A stretch of DNA of 64,000 nucleotides from Euglena gracilis (lineage: Eukaryota). Every line of letters begins with the position of its first letter. Position 1 is the stretch's first letter. The notes under the pieces were generated by a model. It had not been told where the DNA came from. It made no database searches and saw nothing but the letters and a program-made list of their open reading frames with translations. This document shows, in pieces, positions 42,664 through 54,923 of the stretch. The position numbers and the translations under genes are program-made. Location of the stretch: positions 28,923,837-28,987,836 of the forward strand of contig CP154954.1 of the NCBI GenBank assembly GCA_039621445.1, written 5' to 3'.

Positions 42664-45600
42664 ATAGGTGCCTGCTCAGGGGGGGGAAATAGCTTGGGGG
42701 GGGGGGGGGGGGACATGGCAAATTTGTCAATTCGAATTTGTGGATTCAACATCTAAGCGAACATGGTGCCCCTCGATCAAAACCCTTCTCAAGAGAAAAA
42801 CATTTAACGTTCATGGGTGAAATTGTGAACGTCTCACGCGTGCCCTTGGGGGGTTGGTACGCTGTGGCGAGGGGGTCCGAATAGGGGGGGGGGGAGGGGG
42901 GTAAATGGCATGGCGAGGGGGTCTCGGAGGGGGAGGGGTGTAGCATGGTTGCAAAATTAAAAATGTGACGGGTGGCGTGGCGAGGGGTCCGGCTTGGGGG
43001 GAGGGGGGGGGAATGGCGTGAGCCCCTCGGAGAGGGGGGGGGGGAGGGGTGTACCATCCCCCCTTGGGGGTGACCATGAACACTTTTCGTGAGCACAGAA
43101 AATGGGGATTGTTTCCTTCCGGGAGCAACAAGGGGATAGGAAAGGAGCTCGCCAGCCGACAAAACGTTGTTGATGGGCTCCCCATTGAAACTTGCAACGG
43201 TTTGACTCATGATGAGAGGGGCAATGAGGTCATTGAAGTGTGGGAACTACTTCAATGATGAGAGCACAATGGCTGAACCTGTGCGAGCTGAAGCTTGTAA
43301 AGGCGATAGACCAAATTGACCTAGGTTTGGAAAGATGAACAGGCGTCAAGCGAAGGCATCCATGTTTCCCAGCCTTGTCCCACTTGGCCTTCAGACAAGC
43401 CTCCACCACAGCATCAACTGACCACAATGCCCAACCACCAAAACTTTGTCAAGAGTTGAATAAACCACGTCATGTTGCCCACAAATATCAACATTTTCCG
43501 AAAAGGCCTTCAAGGCAGCGTGGTTCGGCAATTTTCTTTTTTTCACCGCCATGGGTTGGAAGAAAATACAAGGTGGGTGCCTTGACATTGTGGCACGGAA
43601 CCAGTGACCACTAAAAACACCAAAAAATGGGGGTAACCTGTGACTTTGTTAAATGGTTTTAACGGAACCAGGGGTTCAAACACGTTTCACGGGGCAAAAG
43701 GGGGGGGGGGGGGGCGCCCAACAGAGCCCCCGTTGGTTTTTGCTCTCAAAAAACATATTTAACCCCCCCAAAAACAACAAAGCAACAAGCAAGGTCGAGG
43801 GCATGATTTTTTGTTGAAACCATGTATTGGGGCTCTGGCTTCACACCCGAACCGGCGTCGAGAACGCCGGTTCGGGCGGGAAACCGACGTCTTGGGGACC
43901 CAAAATAAAAGTGCCAAAAAGTGTCCAAAATGGCTTGTGGACATGTGGCAATCATATCTGAGCAGTTTTTGGGGGGTATTTGGCCAGAAATTGTGGTATT
44001 TTGTGCAATGGTTTCCATTTGGCCAAATTTGGGGAATTTCTGAAATAGAATACCATGCAGCACGGCTGAAATCTAAGGCCATCTGCTGAAAGCCCTTGAG
44101 AAGAGCTTTCAAACAAGGGGCAACATGGCAGGTGAACAGTGGATTTTGGAATTTTCAAAAAGGGTCGGAACATGCAATCGGCGATTTTCAGGGTGCTGTG
44201 CAGTGTGGCTGAGTTCTGAGGGTGCCAAGCGAAAGGTCTCAGGGAGAGGTTTCGATTGATATGCTGTATGGCACCTGAGGTGTGAGATTTCACAAATTGA
44301 GATGTCAAATTTTGGGATACACAATCGCTGAAAATAAGTGCTGTGTGCATCATGGCTGAATCCTGTTGCCATCTGTCAAAAGCCCTTGAGAAGAGCTTTC
44401 GATTGAAGGGCAACATGGCATCAGATATGTGAAAACTTCAATCGGCCGATCGACATGGCCATGCGCCCAAAGGAGGCAAAAAATGCTCAAAAATGTTCAA
44501 AAAATGGGTATTCAGAGCGAAATTGGCCGTGACTCCTTGAACGCCGGTTCGGGCGTGAAGCCAGAGCCCCTAATCCACGGTTTCAACAAACTGTGTCCGA
44601 ACGCCGGTTCGGGCTGCGGAACTGTGTTGCAGAATGCCGGTTCGGGCGGCAGCCCAAACCGGCGTTCTGGAACACAGTTCCGCGGCCCGAACCGGCGTTC
44701 TGGACACAGTTTTCGTATCAGAAAACCTTGTATTTCTGCAAAAATACAAGCTTAGGGACACCTGATGCTCAAGGTGAGAACTTGGCACCAAAGCCACCGC
44801 CGCAACAACAGGTGGTACTTTGTTGCTTGAATCCGTGTCCCCAACAAAAAATTTCTTTCATTTGGAATCAAAAATTCGACCCACCCCCAAATGAACCAAA
44901 ATGACCTCGGAGAAGGCAAGGGATGAATAGCCAAGTTGTGTCAATTGATCGTTTCAGGTGGCTGAAGGATTACCCTGCCCCCCATTGGACATTTGATTTT
45001 CGGATATTTTTTTTGAAACCCTGTTGCAAGTCATCGTTGTTCGCGTTGGGGATTTTCGGCAGGGAGATCTTTTGGCCAACTTCTTGATTTTCGGATTTAT
45101 GTGGCACACAAACATCACAGTTTTTAGAATTATCATCCCCCCCCCCAGGGGAAAGATGTTTGTGCCACAAGGAGGTGCGCATTGACATTCTTTCACAATT
45201 TCTCGGTATTTTTCTGCCCCCCCCCCTTTTCATGCAACGTCACCGATTTTTGTTTCACTTTCAAAGTGATTTCAAAAGCGAATTTCTGAAGTCACCGCAT
45301 TTTTGGGGGGGAATTTTCGTATCGAATCAACAGTTTTTTTTTGTTCATTACCATATTCTGTGACCCCCCTATTCGCGGGTGTGAAGCTCGATCATTTCGA
45401 TCCCCAGGATTTTCAGTACGCATGATTTTTCTGCCAAGTACTCCGACAGTATGTTTTTTCGTTCTTCCTCCCATTCATGGGTTAAGATGAGACGTCGAAA
45501 TTTTCCGATGCCTTTTCAAGCATAGTGGGCCGGCCTGTTTTTTTTTGACGTTGTTTTTTTTTGTTTTTTTTAATTCTAACAATGTTTTTTTAAAAAAAAC

Positions 45601-46531
45601 AAAAAAAACGCCCAGTGGGTTTTGCATAAAAAAATTTTGGAATGCACTTTTTCAATGATTTTTGGCAACTTCTGGGCAATTTTTGCCAAAAACTTCCATC
45701 CACAAAAAATGAAAAAAGTCACAAAATTCCATTTTTGTTGCATTTTTGGATGTTTTTGACCTTTTTTGGTAGTTTTTGAACTTAGTAGGATTCAAAGAAT
45801 GGTTTGGGAGTTTCATAACGAGTTTTTTCAATGAAATTTTCCTTTTGTTTTTTTTTGATGTTTTTTTACTGTTTTTTTTTTAAAAAAAAACATGTTGTTT
45901 TTGTTTTTTTAAAAAAAACAAAAAAATGCCGACTATGTTTTCAAGGCCGTTTCTTTCCCAAATTCTCAAAAATTTTGTATTTTCTGGGAATTTTTGATTG
46001 TGTATGCATCATCGGTTTAGTTGTTGATCACAGGTTTTCATCATCCCCCCCCCAGCCGATTGAGTCGTGTTTTCCTTTTTATCGCTTTTTTTTGATTTTT
46101 TGAGATTTTTTGATTCCGCCGCCCAAGGGAATTGGTTTATAAATTCTCCCCCTCCTTTTTTTTTCCGGCAGGACCCTGATTTTTTTGCCATTTTTGCCAT
46201 TCGTCGTTTCGTTCGGTAATTTTTGAAGGAATTCTGGTTGTTTCATACCCCCCCCCTTTATTTGACCCCCCCCTTAATTGAGCATTTGGGTCAGGGGAAA
46301 ATTTTTTTTCATGCGCCGAAGGCGCCGAAAATTTTTTTGCCCTATTTCTAAAGGAATTTTTGCCCCCCCTTATTTGACCCCCCCCCCTTATTTGAGCATT
46401 TGGGGGGTCAAATGATTCATGTGCTTGGCTACACCAGCCAACCACAAGTCAAAACAGTGGGGTAAAAAACAATTCTACCAACGGTGGAAATTCAGGGTTG
46501 CGAAAATGAACGAAAACGTGCAATCAGATTA

Positions 46532-47851
46532 CCACCTCCCCCCCCCCATAATTGAGAATGAAACAGTTCCACCGGACCCCCCTTTTCTCAATTATGGGGG
46601 GGGTCAATTATGGGGGGGGGGTCTCTCAATTATGGGGGGGGGTCTCTCAATTATGGGGGGGTGTATGGGTCCACCAGTGCGTGTCCTCAGAAACCCACTT
46701 TGGGATCCCTTCGACGTGAACCATCACATTGCAATGCAAAAAAGCTATCTGATCGCATTTTGATGCACCTTTCGTTTTCTCAAGGAGGACAGAAGAGACA
46801 ACGCCCAAGGGCACTACCCTCGGGCATGTAGCACATGTCGTAACAGGAGGCGTGGAGCCACACATGACAAATGGGGCATTGTACAGCAGCACAACGACGC
46901 AAGGGACCATCACAGGCGGGGCATTCATGGGGTAGAGGTGGACCCCCAGAGGAACTCATGGGCTCTGTCACCGGCTCAGCCTGGGAGTCAACAGAATCGG
47001 GTTGAGAATTAATTGAGCCATCATTTCCCCCTGGAGCATCCGATGCCTCAAGCGTGTTGTCATCTTTATCATCAGTTTCATCAGGCAAATTCACACGAGG
47101 GACATCATGGGCATCCAACGTGTTCAGGGTGTCAATTGCAGAGTTCATTTCAATTGGGGTGAAATCAGGAGGAAGGGCGGGTCCGAAAAGAGGCGCAGGG
47201 TCAACAAGGGTGGAAGGCAGAGGTGCAGTGGCAGGGGTCAGGATAAGTTTCTCCATTCCCTTCCGAAGAAGTTCTTCGGGAACACTGTCCCAGGCTGCAA
47301 GCACCCATTCGATGACCTCGGCCCGGCGTGGCTTGGCAAACGTCTCCCCTGCCTGTGGTGTTTTTATAGCCTCCTGGATGGTTGCCTCCTGCTCAGGCAA
47401 CCTGTAGAGTGTGGCCGTGCTGAGTTCGGGAAATTTTGCAAGGGTTTCCTCCGGGTTGTGTTTCACAAAGAATTTCAGAACCTCAGCCTTGGCACCCAAC
47501 GATAAATCCCTTCTGGGCTTTTTTTCTGGGGGAGGCTCTGGACCCATGGGAACAACAGCAGCATCCTCATCCACAGCGGGGGGCTCAATGCCAGGCACCA
47601 CACATGCCCCCTGGTGCTGCAAGCTTGGGAGCTTCGCACGAGGAGGAAAGGACAAGGCCAATTGCCTCATTTTTGGTGCCATGGCTGTGGAAAAAAGGGC
47701 GGGCAATAACTTCTCGCTGAGCGGGCATTCTCAATTACGGCGTCCAAATTTTTTTTCCGGGACATTTTCTCAATTATGGGGGGGGGTCCAAATTTTTTCC
47801 CATGAGCATTTTCTCAATTATGGGGGGGGGTCAATTATGGGGGGGGGGTGG
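46532..47851 (-). mobile_element. Internally deleted pogo/Tc1-mariner-like DNA transposon
   Basis: TIR CCACC(T)CCCCCCCCCATAATTGA / TCAATTATGGGGGGGGGGTGG with TA TSD and subterminal CTCAATTATGGGG repeats. Contains a transposase-derived ORF. Confidence 0.85.
46780..47682 (-). CDS. Transposase-derived protein: N-terminal HTH-like part, post-DDE helix, acidic linker and C-terminal Cys/His finger; DDE core absent
   Basis: RRDLSLGAKAEVLKF..STATLYR (HTH-like), KPRRAEVIEWVLAAWDSVPEELLRKG (typical pogo post-DDE segment), CPAC..VQCPICHVWLHASC..CLFC (PHD-like). Confidence 0.7.
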   Translation of the reverse strand: MAPKMRQLALSFPPRAKLPSLQHQGACVVPGIEPPAVDEDAAVVPMGPEPPPEKKPRRDLSLGAKAEVLKFFVKHNPEETLAKFPELSTATLYRLPEQEATIQEAIKTPQAGETFAKPRRAEVIEWVLAAWDSVPEELLRKGMEKLILTPATAPLPSTLVDPAPLFGPALPPDFTPIEMNSAIDTLNTLDAHDVPRVNLPDETDDKDDNTLEASDAPGGNDGSINSQPDSVDSQAEPVTEPMSSSGGPPLPHECPACDGPLRRCAAVQCPICHVWLHASCYDMCYMPEGSALGRCLFCPP

Positions 47852-49797
47852 TACTTGGTGTAATACAGATAAAATCAAATGGCAGCCTCCATTGTCATTG
47901 AAGGGGGGCGATGAATCACGACCACATGGATCTTAGCGTAATGTTTGGAATCGACCATGGACCGAGTTCGAGCGATGAGCAACATCCTGGGGGGCGGGCA
48001 AAAATCTACCTCCAATCGCCATTTCGCCTCCTTGACACCCACCCGAAGTGGGTATTAGTCGGGGGGCTGGGGGTTAAAAAATGTAAATTATGGCCCTGGC
48101 TTGCCTAAATCCCTTCCCTCCCTTCCCCTTACCTCCCTTTCCCCCTTTCCCACCACATAGCTCGAATCTCCACCTCCCTTTGCCATAACCCTTACCCTTG
48201 CCCTTACCATTCCCCTTCCCGTCACCCCACTCCGCGCTTGGCCTTGTCGACGCCTCCAACGGTGTGGCTTCCGAAACGAGGATGTCCGCCAACGGTCGGG
48301 GGGGCAGCCCCACTCCTGGCGTATCTCCCAGCCCATTTTTTTTGTTGGGGGGGGGGGGGGCTGATTCGGGAACCGATATGAATCGAAGGGACGTTGAATC
48401 ATGGTAAAAAAGTCAAACACCCTCGCAATCTTGTCGGCTCTCCCTTGGTTACCTCATCGATAAAAATTGTGGCACTATGCCGACCGAATGGCCGGGAGTC
48501 TCAAAAACTCCGGCCTCGAAATGGAACGGGCGGCCTCAAAAGCCGATTCCTTGGGAGTCAAATGAGGTCAGCTTCAAATATAGTGCCACCCTATCCCCTT
48601 TGACGAACTTCACTGAAATACGTTTTGTGAACCGTGTGGAGCGAGGGTGTAGGGGATAGGCACATCATCATTGATGCGGTGTCAATGATTTTGGGTAACC
48701 AGCCGACCCCGTTCCAATGCATAATGATGGAAAAATCTGGGCTGGTGGTCATTCCTTTGTCGCAGGACCGAGAGGGTCAAATGGGGGTGGCGGGGTTGAC
48801 CCGCCTATTCCCGCCCTCGGCATTGGGGGGCCTCGGTGGCCGGGGCCGCCGGCGGAGCGCCGATGAGAGCGGGGGCTGTGGGAGCCACGTCCATCACTTA
48901 AAAAAAAAATCAAAAAAGGTGAAAAAAAATGGAAATTCAGCATTTCGGCTCCCAATACTATCCCTTTCGGCCGAATGTGAGAGGGGGGGGGTGAACTCAT
49001 GAACGGTGAAAATGTCGACAAAAAAAATTCGGTCGAAATGCATTGGAAAACATTGTTGTGGTTACGGCCACGGGGGGGGGGGGGTATCTTAGACCTTATC
49101 AACGGATCCAAATTTTGCACCAGGGTCTTAAAAATTCTCTTCCCTGAACAAAATTCAAAATCACAGGTCCCTTTGTTGAAGAGAAATCGCCCACAATACA
49201 ATGGCGAGTGACAGAAGAAAGGGGGGCAAAAAACAAGCCATCGAAATCACATACTGATGAGGGGAGATTGAGAAAAATAACCTCCTTGAGAAAACGAGCA
49301 ATAAGGCATGGCAACAACTAGTTGCCGAGAGCCACGCTCTCACACCAAACTTTTTCCCTATGCATGAATTTGGGGAAAGATCAAATCCAAATGATGTCTT
49401 TGATGACGGCAACAAAAAAAGAACCAAAAGAAACGGTAGAGCATCCACCTTGGCCGTCAAAGAAAGGGAATAAAAAACAACTTTCAGGTGAGATTTTCTT
49501 TCAAAACTCGAACCTGAAATTTGAAATCCAAATTTCGTTCCTTAAGACCACACGTCGTTTGTGTTTTCGGGTCTTAATTCAGAAAATCTGGGGGGGGGGG
49601 GGCTGAAAAATTGGCACGTCTGAAAATCTGCTGGCTGGAAATCCACATTACGCTTCATAAAAAATCTTCTTCCAAAAAAAATGTTGTTGGTTGGAAGAAA
49701 GAATGTGACTTTGACTCGGCAACTTTGACTTGTAGGCGTGGTTGGCCAAACCATTTTAAACCTCCCCATGACAAAAGTTAACCTTTTTCATGGGATA

Positions 49798-50009
49798 ACG
49801 TGACCCCCCCCCTATATGTCACCCCCCCCCCCTAATAGTCGCCCCCCCCCTTGGGGGGGCGACAATTAGGGGGGGGGTTACCCATGGACCGATGGAAATG
49901 TAGGGTAAATTGAGTACCCCCCCCCCTAATTGTCACCCCCCCCCCTAATTGTCGCCAGGGGGGTCAAAACGCTCCGGGGGGGGGGGGTGCCATATAGGGG
50001 GGGTCACGT
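49798..50009. mobile_element. TA-TSD MITE
   Basis: TIR ACGTGACCCCCCCCCTATATG / CATATAGGGGGGGTCACGT flanked by TA. Confidence 0.8.
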
Positions 50010-50423
50010 TAAATGGACCACTGAAATAAAACTGGGAATCTGAAAAAAGTCAAAAATCCAAGTGTCACAATGACACCTTTGACGCTTGGCTCGTAAGGTG
50101 GAGCAAGAGTATAGGATGGGTAACGTGGGGCGTGGAATCCTTCCATGGGAACTCTGAAACAAACAAAAAAGTCCACCATCAAAAGTCCACAAAAATCCAA
50201 ATCAAAAATCCACAAAAATCCAAATCAAAAATCCACAAAAATCCAAATCAAAAATCCACAGAAACCCTCCTCACATGTGATGGCTGCAAATTTCTTCTTC
50301 TTGGTCCTCCTCACCAAACACGTACCAGCCGAACACAAGAATTTTGAGCAAATTGACGCCTTTCGTTGAAAAACAAAAATAAGTGTCCGCAATAAAAATG
50401 TTGAGATAAAGAAAAACCATATA

Positions 50424-51520
50424 TTGCAAAAACTGGCTCCTACACTAGACAAGGGTGGGGGGGAGGGGGGGGGGGGGGGTGTGGGGGGGTGTGGGGGGGG
50501 AATGGGGGGATGTGGGGGGGGGGGTATGGGGGGGGTGTGGGGGGGTATGGGGGGGGTGGGGGGGGTGGGGGGGGGTGTGTGGGGGGGGTTTGGGGGGGGG
50601 GGTGTGGGGGGGGGGGGGGGGGGGGGGGTGTTGGGGAATGTGGGGGGGCGTAGGCCACTGGACCCCTCATCGGTGGCAATTTTTTGCAACAATGCGCAGT
50701 GATAATGGGGGGGGCGGGGGGGGGGAGGGGGGGTGCGGGGGGGGAGGGGGGGGCGCAGCCCCCCCCTCCCCCCCGCCGCGGTGGCCGTAGGCCACCGGAC
50801 CCCTCATCGGTGGCAATTTTTTGCAACAATGCGCAGTGATAATGGGGGGGGGGGGGGGGGGGGAGGGGGGGCGGGGGGGGAGGGGGGGGCAGCCCCCCTC
50901 CCCCCCCCCCCCGCCGCGGTGGCCGTAGGCCACCGGACCCCTCATCGGTGGCCGTGGGCCTGGATAATGTCTATCTGGGCTCCAATTTTTCACGGAAAAA
51001 ACATACATTTTCATGAAAAAGGTACCAAAATTTTCAGGTTTAAGTTGTTTTCAGGAGTGGTGATAAAACTGCAAAGTCAAAAAAACTGCCCCAAATTTTG
51101 GCACACTCAAATTTTATTGACATTTTTTCTCTTGGCAAATTTTTGGTATTTCACCCATTTTTTTGCTTCAAAAACCTACGACATTCAAACCTTTAAGAAA
51201 ATTGTGAAATTTGGACGGTGTGGAAAAAAATGCGGTCTTGGACGGACCTCCAATTTGCCAACATAGGTCCCAAAATGGGTCCAAAATACCCCCGGCGCCG
51301 AACCCACACTGGTCAAGTGTGGGGGGGGGGGGTGGGGGGGTGTGGGGGTGGTGGGGGGGGTGTGGGGGGGTGGATGGGGGGGTGTGGGGGGTGGTGTGGG
51401 GGTGGTGAGTGGGGGGGTGTGGTGTGGGGGGGGGGTGTGGGGGGGGGTGTGGGGGGTGTGGGGGGGGGGGGGTGGGGGGGTGTGGGGGTAAATGTCTAGT
51501 ATAGGGGCCAGTTTTTGCAA
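50424..51520. mobile_element. TA-TSD non-autonomous TIR element with long G-rich tracts
   Basis: TIR TTGCAAAAACTGGCTCCTACACTAGACA / TGTCTAGTATAGGGGCCAGTTTTTGCAA flanked by TA. G-runs at 50455-50640 and 51318-51488, and an internal ~129-bp duplication. Confidence 0.82.
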
Positions 51521-52289
51521 TACCTCAGAAAAACACGAAGCCAAAAAAACCAAATCACGTGAAAAGAGAAAATCAGCTTCACGTCCATTCATGAGCAAAC
51601 AAAATTCCACGACGCTGAATACCAGGGGGGGGGGGGTATCCGTTCAATCAAAAAAAATGCACCGTGAAACGGGAAAAATAATTTTTTCCAACCATGGGGG
51701 GGGGAAACGACAAAGAAACCCCGAACAATGGAAGGAAGTGGCCTGGGTGTGCTCAAATAAAGGGGGGGTACCCCCGTTTCATGCGTTTGCCTGCCCCCCC
51801 CCCCCGGATGCTTGTTCGCCCTCTTACGACGCGCTCTCCGTCATATACCCCATTCTATGTATACACCCCATCGACCATTGCTTATTGCTGAATTTAGTTT
51901 ACAATTTCTGTTTTTATTCCGCTCACCACAATTGATGATTTTAATTGGATCTTTTTTGCCAATGTCTTCTTTTCATTTCTCATTGTTCACCGACGAAGAA
52001 AAAAAAGTTTCACCAAATTTTTCGGTTAAAAAAATTCCTTGGTTTTTTCTAAGGAGGGGCGTGTAAGAGGTAGTGGGTCGGTGTCCAATGCAGATTTTAT
52101 GAATTATTAGGAATTTTGACCGCCCAAAGCACTGTTTTCCCAACCAGTAAAATTAGAGCCGCCGCGCGGCCTGATTACCCCCTACATAGGTCCTGAAGTG
52201 GTGAACACCCCCAGGAAGTTTTTTTGCGGCTTCCGCCCTGATTTTCTGCCCCTCCCCCCAGCTAGGATCATTTCTACTACAAAAAAGGG

Positions 52290-53200
52290 GTGGCGGACGC
52301 CGGTTCTGTCCAAAACCCGGCGTTTGGAACGCCGGGTTTTGGACAGAACCGGCGTCCGCCACCCCTTGTTTAAAGCGGCGTTTTAGAGACGCCGGGTTCA
52401 GGACAGAACCGGCGTCCCCACCCTTCGGTCAAAGGACACTCCCAGGACCAATCTCCGACCACTTATCTGCAATGTCACGCCACTTTGCATTTCACCAAAT
52501 TCCGGCGATCGCGAGGGTATTTCTGGCTGTGTCGATCGCCTGGGTACAAACTCACCCCTCGATCGAAAGCTTTTCATCAGACGACTGGCGATCACCACCA
52601 AATTCAGCGACGCCGCCTGGAGCTCTTACTTTCTTTCACTGGGAAATCCTAATTTCACAACTCTGGTGCCCCCCAGAACCCCTCAGGTGGTCGCTTCGAA
52701 GAGAAGAAACGTTTCTGTAAGGTTTATTCAGCATCTTAAACCAAAAATCACTGAAAACTACCACAAATTTCGACTAAGATTCTGGCCGATCCGACGATCG
52801 CGAGCGTATCTCTGGCTGCGTGCAACGTTAGGGTACCAAGTTACGCCTCGATCGAAAGCTCTTTTCAACAGACGACCAGCGGTGCTCATCAGACCTTTCC
52901 ACGCCGCACGGTACTCTTTATCAAAATCTGGGCCAATTTCACGAAATTTGGACATCCACCCCACTGGTCCCCAAATGGCAAAAATCATTGTCCTACATGG
53001 TTAAAACAGTCATACCAGGAGCTTTGGGCCACTTTTGGGCACTTTTGGTGACATTTTTAGGAATGAAAATCGGACGCCGGGTTTTGGACAAAACCGGCGT
53101 TCCTAACGCCGGGTTTTAGGACAGAACCGGCGTCCGAAAACCCGTGGGGGGGGACGCCGGTTCTGTCCTGAACCCGGCGTCTCAAACGCCGGTTTAAGTG
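52290..53200. repeat. Dispersed GGACGCCGGTTCTGTCC / AACGCCGGGTT direct and inverted repeats (probable TE subterminal repeats)
   Basis: Clusters at 52293-52417 and 53071-53195, with related motifs at 43850 and 44540-44705. Confidence 0.6.
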
Positions 53201-54576
53201 CGGAACTGCCAGAAAAACGGTTTGGCAAAGGTTCAAATTTACATTTGTTTTATCTTTCAGGACCCCTCTTTTGATACACAATATTTTTGGGATTTGGTAT
53301 TGAATCTTGACAACAAGACTTGTTCACAAGTTCTTTCAAGTTGTATTTGTGCTTCAAGTGCTTGTCCACAAGTTGTGTTCAAGAATTGTTTTGTTGGATC
53401 TCAATTGGCACTTATTGACCAAACAATCATCATTGGTACAAACCAAGTCAATTGACCAAAGAAAGTTATATTTCACCGCAACACTCACATCAAGATATCA
53501 AAGGTATCCAAGCTTGTGTTGTGCTTTGTCTTGGGTTGGGAAGCGAAGGAATTAAAGGCTAGGAAAAGGGGGCAAATTCCATTTTCAGTTAAAATTGATC
53601 CTACGCCCGGGGCCTGAGCCCTCCCCAGAAAACCAGGTTTTTCTGCAGGAATAAAAATTTTCTGCGGGAAAACCCCCCTCAACATGATTTGTGACGCCGA
53701 CGGCGTTACTGGAGGTCAGGTAGTGCCGGTGGATGAGGGGCCCTGGTTAGACAGCCTCATAGTGACAATCAGCCTTCACCCCAGACACGGCCCGCCCCGA
53801 CCTCGCCCCCCGACCTGCCTCCGAAACAGACCCGGCTCCTCTCACCTCAGACTCACCCCGACCCCAGAGCACTCTGTTTGGGCCCCCCTCAAGACCTCCC
53901 GCCAGGGCTTTTGGGAGGCCTCCCTTTCGGCCACGTCGCCAGCCCGGCGGCTTTGGCCGCAGCCGAAAGGCTCTTACTGGCACAATTACCAATCTCTCTC
54001 CCTAGCAGCGCCTCGTCGTCCAATGACATCCTAAGCCCGGCTGCCGTCGCCGCGGCCGTGGCACGAAACCCGGCTGCCTTTGCCTCCCCTTTCCTCTCCA
54101 ACCTCCCTCAGCTCCCCCCCCCCCGGCCCACACCCTGCAACTGTGGCCACCTCCGTCGCCCTCCTTGGCTGCCCGGTTCCGGGGCCCCAGGTCTTCACCC
54201 CCGTTCCTTGCCCTCCCCGAGCTCAGACCCCGCCAAACGATATGCTTGCGCCTTCCCCGTCTGTCTTTGACCCCACGACAGCAGGAATTCACTCATACTC
54301 CACCTCAACTGTGTTCACCACGCGCACCTTAGTCTGCTGTGTGGGGACTATCTCCGTGATCTCCAAGTTTGGTTTTGGTGCAGTGACCCCCCAACGCAAT
54401 GCTGCATGAGCTCGTCCAGTGCGTGTAGCAGCCGCAAGGGGCTGCCCGAATCCCCTTCTCGAATGAGCTTAGCCAAATGGGCAGGCCGAAGTCCGGAAGG
54501 GCCTGGGGCACTCCCACGGGGGAACGATAGTGTGACGTGCCGAAGGGCGGAGAGCCGATCCTCTAGGCAGGTATTG

Positions 54577-54602
54577 GGGGTGTCTGGGACGCGGGGGGGA
54601 CG

Positions 54603-54635
<33 letters not shown>

Positions 54636-54923
54636 CGGGGGGGAGACGCCATTTTTGGGACGGTGAAATTAGGAATTTGCTGCGAGAAAATTTTAGCCAA
54701 ATTAGGATTCTACCACAACAAATTAGGACAAACCCACCCCCAATTAGGAATCACCCACCGCAAGTTAAGAATCACCCACACCAAATTAGGAATCACCAAC
54801 CTCAAATTTTCCTGAAATTAGGAATCAGCCTCCTAAATTTAGCTGTCTCGAGAACAAAATTTTGGTTCCAAAGTGGGACGCGGGGGAGACGCGGGGGGGG
54901 GGGACGCGGGGGAGACACACCCC
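54577..54923. mobile_element. Short TIR insertion in CRE element 1
   Basis: GGGGTGT..ACACCCC termini with ATTG duplicated. Removal restores the minus-strand frame ..YANTCLEDRL. Confidence 0.7.

Noticed and set aside
48074-48313. GKG-rich peptide as an RNA-binding gene
   Set aside because: Short and low-complexity, with no supporting exons or domain. It may be a TE fragment.
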